Assembly (NCBI GenBank): GCA_016185525.1
Contig: JACPNK010000003.1
Coordinates: forward strand, 1 to 61,688
DNA length: 61,688 bases
DNA from: Candidatus Yanofskybacteria bacterium
GTDB taxonomy: Bacteria; Patescibacteriota; Minisyncoccia; 2-02-FULL-40-12; IGHO2-12-FULL-4
Reading direction: 5' to 3'
In this document: positions 58,406 through 61,688 of the stretch, in pieces
Layout: each line of letters begins with the position of its first letter
Numbering within the stretch: position 1 is the stretch's first letter
Notes under the pieces: generated by a model
Told to the model about the DNA's origin: nothing
Database searches by the model: none
The model's input: the letters and a program-made list of their open reading frames with translations, nothing else
Position numbers and translations under genes: made by a program

Positions 58406-60089
58406 ATTTGTATTTGGAAAAAATTGGTTTGTTTTTTGGAATATTTTTAACTAAAATAATAGCACTATTATTGATAAATACCACCTTCCAATCAGAATCC
58501 CGAACTATATTTTTTAAGAACGCCTGCCCCCACGGCGTAGCGTCGGTGTGTCCGAAAAAGACAAAGTTAATGCCGTATTTTTCTGAAAGCTCTTTCCATT
58601 TCTCTTTACTTTCCTGCATCGGTTTATAAATTTCGCTGAAAAACTTAACCGAGTAGGCTTCCGGTCTATTATCCACGAAAACCCTAAAGGGGTCAGGTAC
58701 CTTTTCGGCAGGGTACCTGACCCCTTCAATCTGCCATATCAAATAACCGCCGATGTCAAAATTATTGAACATCGGCCCCTCAATTTTATTTTCCTTAACA
58801 AAGTTAACGGCTTTTTCCAGTTCGCCGGGAACTGAAAAACCAAAAGCCTTGGCAGACCTTATCGCTTTGTAATACCCGCCGCCGGAAACCCAAAAAATCA
58901 TAAAAATGAGAAACCCGGCAACTGCTATCTTGAACACACCGCTTAAATATCTCCTGACATCGGATGTCCGCTGGACATCCGATGTCGTTAATTTAAAAAC
59001 ATCACCCAACAGCATCGTCAAGACCGGAAAAGAAACCAAAGCATATAGAGGCAGATTGCGAAGCATCTTAAAACCGGCATAAATTGAAAAGGCTAAAATT
59101 AAAATTTCAAAAATTCTTTGTCTCGTTTTTCTAAAAGTTGTGACCAGCAAAATTGCCGCCACTGCCACGGAAAGTTTGAAAACAAAAATTGTCAGTTTAA
59201 AGCCGAAGAAATTTGACAGAAAAGCGAGCGTCTGATTTTCAACAATGCTATAGCCGTACTCTTTTAAAATTGTAAAGGGAGCTAAAGCGCCTTGAAGACC
59301 GTTGGGGTTGGCTAGAGTAGCAACAAAAACTAGAGATAAGATAAGGACAACTTTTTTAAGCGATAAATCTACAAACGGGAGAATATGTCTCTTTCTTGCG
59401 CCGGACTCTTCGCCGTCGAACTGCGAAAGAGACATATTCTCCCGTTTGTTTTTACGATTTATCGCTTGATCAATTAAAAAACTCAACACCAAAAACGGTC
59501 CGATGAAAAAATAAATATGTAAATTTACCCAAAATAGCTCGGCTAAGGGCAAAAACCACAACAGATTTGAGGTTCGATCTCCGTATTTCTCATTCGAGGA
59601 GGTCCGACCTCCGTATTTCTCTCTGAACAAAACAAACAAAAAGAAAGCTAAAATGGCAAAACTGAAAATTTCGGGTCTGACTTCGGTGCGCTCAATAAAT
59701 ATAAAAATTGAAAGCAAAAAAGAAATTGCGATCGGCCAAAAGGTGGCATATTTTTTGACGGTAAAAAAAAGCAGTAAAAAAGCGGCCAAAACAAAAAAGA
59801 CTTTAAGCAAAATTAAGCCGGTAAAACCAAACCAGCCGTAAATTCCGTAAAATATGACCTCGCTTAACCAATGATGGTTTGCGAACGGAAAATCCGGTTC
59901 GGTAAAAGAAAAAAAATTTACCCTCGGCACTTCCTTTGTCTGCCAGATAACTTCCCCCAACTTTAAGTGCCGCCCGATGTCCTGCCCGATGGAGTCAAAG
60001 CTGTGAATCAGAAAAACAGCCAGAAGGCTAAATAATAATACAAAAACACAAAGCTCTAATTTATTCCTGTTTAGATTTGAGAAACCCAC
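58386..60089 (-). CDS. Polytopic membrane protein, unclassified (possible GT-C-like)
   Basis: At least 12 hydrophobic helices and a soluble C-terminal domain. GTG start. Overlaps the downstream paralog gene by 20 nt. Carries three in-frame repeat insertions. Confidence 0.6.
   Translation of the reverse strand: MGFSNLNRNKLELCVFVLLFSLLAVFLIHSFDSIGQDIGRHLKLGEVIWQTKEVPRVNFFSFTEPDFPFANHHWLSEVIFYGIYGWFGFTGLILLKVFFVLAAFLLLFFTVKKYATFWPIAISFLLSIFIFIERTEVRPEIFSFAILAFFLFVLFREKYGGRTSSNEKYGDRTSNLLWFLPLAELFWVNLHIYFFIGPFLVLSFLIDQAINRKNKRENMSLSQFDGEESGARKRHILPFVDLSLKKVVLILSLVFVATLANPNGLQGALAPFTILKEYGYSIVENQTLAFLSNFFGFKLTIFVFKLSVAVAAILLVTTFRKTRQRIFEILILAFSIYAGFKMLRNLPLYALVSFPVLTMLLGDVFKLTTSDVQRTSDVRRYLSGVFKIAVAGFLIFMIFWVSGGGYYKAIRSAKAFGFSVPGELEKAVNFVKENKIEGPMFNNFDIGGYLIWQIEGVRYPAEKVPDPFRVFVDNRPEAYSVKFFSEIYKPMQESKEKWKELSEKYGINFVFFGHTDATPWGQAFLKNIVRDSDWKVVFINNSAIILVKNIPKNKPIFSKYKYEFTEK
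58955..58993. repeat. GACATC-palindrome element, copy 2
   Basis: The 39-mer is identical to 57871-57909. It encodes KLTTSDVQRTSDVRR in a different protein. Confidence 0.9.
59358..59467. repeat. 110-bp imperfect inverted-repeat element inside a CDS (MITE/RPE-like)
   Basis: Perfect 23-bp arms at 59373-59395 / 59425-59447. Outer 12-bp arms AAGCGATAAATC (59358-59369) / GATTTATCGCTT (59456-59467). 29-nt loop. Read through in frame. Confidence 0.85.
59569..59628. repeat. 30-nt tandem direct repeat with GAGGTyCGAyCTC palindromic cores
   Basis: GAGGTTCGATCTCCGTATTTCTC (from 59569) and GAGGTCCGACCTCCGTATTTCTC (from 59599). Encodes EKYGGRTSSN / EKYGDRTSNL. Confidence 0.85.
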
Positions 60090-60106
60090 TCAGCAAGAAA
60101 TGGCTA

Positions 60107-60174
60107 CATTGTTATATTGTTACATTGTTAGCAATATAGTCATTCAACAGTGTAACAATTTAGCAATGTAACAA
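60107..60174. repeat. Intergenic octamer repeats (CATTGTTA-TATTGTTA-CATTGTTA) with downstream inverted copies
   Basis: Three 8-mers at 60107-60130. TTGTTACATTG (60117-60127) pairs with CAATGTAACAA (60164-60174). The nested ATTGTTA/TAACAAT pair gives alternative stems. Confidence 0.8.
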
Positions 60175-60179
60175 CTTAC

Positions 60180-60848
60180 CTACGGCAAGACTATTGTTGT
60201 TTTGCCTGAACATTGCTTTTCAAAAACTTTGACATCGCCCCCGACTGCCACAAAATTGCCTTTAGCATCCACCAATCGGCCGTATTGAATCTTCGCAGTC
60301 AGTTCATACTTCTTGTATTTTGGATTTTCCGGCAGGGCAATGCCCAGCAGACTTTCTCCGTTTGGCAGTTTCAATTTACTAAAAATATTCGGCCCGACTG
60401 ATATGTCGTCCTGGGAAGTTACGGTCCACGAAATATTCCTTGCCGGGTGGTCAACTCCGCTGTAAATTAATTTTGCATCTTGGTTATCATAAGTATTGCG
60501 GTTCAAAAATTTAATCTCGCCCTGCAGTTGGCACGATGCCTGGCCTAAAAGCAAGTTCCAAGGCACCGGTTCGTCAATGAAAGCAGTTTTACCGTCTCCG
60601 GTTGGAAGCGGCACTGCCCCGACACCGACATTGCTTGTCTGTTGAGGCGCGCGCGTTGAACTTGTCCCTGTCGGCTCCGGAGTCGGAGACAGGCTCACCG
60701 TTTCTTGCAGTGAGCCAGTCGAATCTGCTGACGGTTCCGGCGTATTTGTGCTTTCAACATCAGGTGGTTCCTGTTTACTCATTAACATAAGAGAAACCCC
60801 GGCAACTATGGCAGTGACTGACAATATATAGATTGTTTTATTTTTCAT
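60180..60848 (-). CDS. Secreted/anchored hypothetical protein with S/T/P-rich linker
   Basis: MKNKTIYILSVTAIVAGVSLMLM anchor, then PEPSADSTGS...SPTPEPTGTSS linker, then a globular C-terminal domain. The ATG at 60848 is preferred over the TTG at 60866. Confidence 0.6.
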   Translation of the reverse strand: MKNKTIYILSVTAIVAGVSLMLMSKQEPPDVESTNTPEPSADSTGSLQETVSLSPTPEPTGTSSTRAPQQTSNVGVGAVPLPTGDGKTAFIDEPVPWNLLLGQASCQLQGEIKFLNRNTYDNQDAKLIYSGVDHPARNISWTVTSQDDISVGPNIFSKLKLPNGESLLGIALPENPKYKKYELTAKIQYGRLVDAKGNFVAVGGDVKVFEKQCSGKTTIVLP

Positions 60849-60872
60849 AATGCTGAATAATATCAAAAATTA

Positions 60873-61688
60873 CTAAAAAGTAAATGGTCTAAAAATGTGG
60901 CCAAAAAGCGCCTTAATCAAAGAACTCCACCCCGGCTTTTTTATCCAAAATTCGGGGGTACTGAACGGAATTGATATATAGTCGGGTTCGTGTTCCGACT
61001 TACGATAATAGCCGTAAATATTAACTTTGTATTTGCTCTCGGGATTAAGCCCAAGACCGTCGTAAAGAAATTGTCTTTCTTTTTCCCCCGATGATACTTT
61101 CAACTGTTTGGTCCATACCGGATTTAAGGCGCTGTCACGGTCAGATATCATAATAAAATAATCCACGGTTGAATCCGCGGGCTTGCCCGTCATAGCTTCA
61201 GCGGAGGAGGGCCAATCATTTGCAATAGTCCACCTAAAATCAGGATAAACTCCGGTTATCGGCTGGCCGTTGACAGGACTTAGAATGCTGACAGGGTTTA
61301 AAAACACTATTTTTGCTTCCGGAGAAGCCGGGGTTTCATTTCCGTCTTTGTCCACTCCGGCAACATAGTAAGCATACTCGCCTACCGAATAGTCCGTTGA
61401 GGACAGATAGGCTGTTGTGCCACCGCGCTCGCCTTGCCCGTCCGAGAGGCGGGCGGGCGGCACTATTTTCCGGATTGTCCAATATCCGCACTGGCCGGCT
61501 TCAGTCATCATCCACTCTCCGTCAATGTCTATATCCTCACAGCCGATTGAAGACATTTCTTCAAAGGCGGCAATTTTATGAAAATACTTTTCTCCGGGTT
61601 TCTTTTCATATAATCTGAAATTTTCAATTTTGTCTTTTTCTTTGTCGGAATATTTGAAAGTGATTCTTCGGCCGATACGGCCGTAGTT
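60873..61688 (-). CDS. Hypothetical protein, partial (5' end lies right of the window)
   Basis: The frame of ORF 60873..61556 stays open through nt 61688 (44 further codons, no stop). Beta-rich sequence, possibly Ig/FN3-like. No confident family. Confidence 0.55.
   Translation of the reverse strand, partial: NYGRIGRRITFKYSDKEKDKIENFRLYEKKPGEKYFHKIAAFEEMSSIGCEDIDIDGEWMMTEAGQCGYWTIRKIVPPARLSDGQGERGGTTAYLSSTDYSVGEYAYYVAGVDKDGNETPASPEAKIVFLNPVSILSPVNGQPITGVYPDFRWTIANDWPSSAEAMTGKPADSTVDYFIMISDRDSALNPVWTKQLKVSSGEKERQFLYDGLGLNPESKYKVNIYGYYRKSEHEPDYISIPFSTPEFWIKKPGWSSLIKALFGHIFRPFTF

Noticed and set aside
1-61688. Mobile genetic element, prophage, defence island or toxin-antitoxin content.
   Set aside because: I recognised no integrase, transposase, recombinase, phage structural, restriction-modification, Cas or TA-like genes in any frame. 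The only mobile-like features are the miniature palindromic and inverted-repeat insertions, reported separately.

Overview
This 61.7-kb window is AT-rich and almost entirely coding, with about 55 protein genes. I found no rRNA, tRNA, CRISPR array, transposase, integrase or recognisable defence genes. The whole window reads as one very large cell-envelope glycosylation locus in three parts.

(1) About 0.6-19.8 kb holds nucleotide-sugar tailoring genes. These include a pseudaminic-acid-type nonulosonate set: a PseC-like aminotransferase, a PseI-like synthase, a NeuB-like/SAF/cytidylyltransferase fusion and a GNAT. Also present are an acetamidino module (HisH-like, HisF-like, PP-loop N-acetyl sugar amidotransferase), three paralogous GT-A-like genes, a sialyltransferase-like gene, a methyltransferase and a NodU-type carbamoyltransferase.

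(2) About 19.9-43.1 kb holds roughly ten GT-B/GT4 glycosyltransferases, two polyprenyl-phosphate GT2 enzymes and a B12-radical-SAM enzyme. It also holds a YdjC-type deacetylase, RmlC/RmlD-like and SDR enzymes, a NUDIX hydrolase and one GT-C membrane transferase.

(3) About 43.1-61.7 kb holds an O-antigen-ligase-like/TPR protein, a beta-propeller sugar dehydrogenase-like protein and a PMT-like GT39. Two TMTC-like GT-C/TPR proteins and another polytopic membrane protein are interleaved with secreted Pro/Thr-linker wall proteins (PG-binding or SH3b anchors). One of those wall-protein genes is broken by a perfect 20-bp tandem duplication plus a 1-nt frameshift.

The most unusual signals lie outside standard gene calls:
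- A 27-nt motif of three TTGAY hexamers at exact 10-bp phasing occurs at three divergent promoter regions.
- Short palindromic elements and a 110-bp inverted-repeat element sit in frame inside membrane-protein and GT genes.
- Many heptanucleotide tandem tracts lie inside CDSs. The same (TGAAAAT)n tract gives the same NFQFSIFN peptide in two unrelated enzymes.
- ATTAG pentamer arrays occur in intergenic DNA.
- One 185-nt intergenic region has mutually exclusive hairpins.

Family assignments come from motifs recognised by eye and from memory, not from database searches. The taxon cannot be determined from the window. The gene content is compatible with an uncultivated bacterium with a Gram-positive-type wall (possibly CPR-like), but that is inference only.
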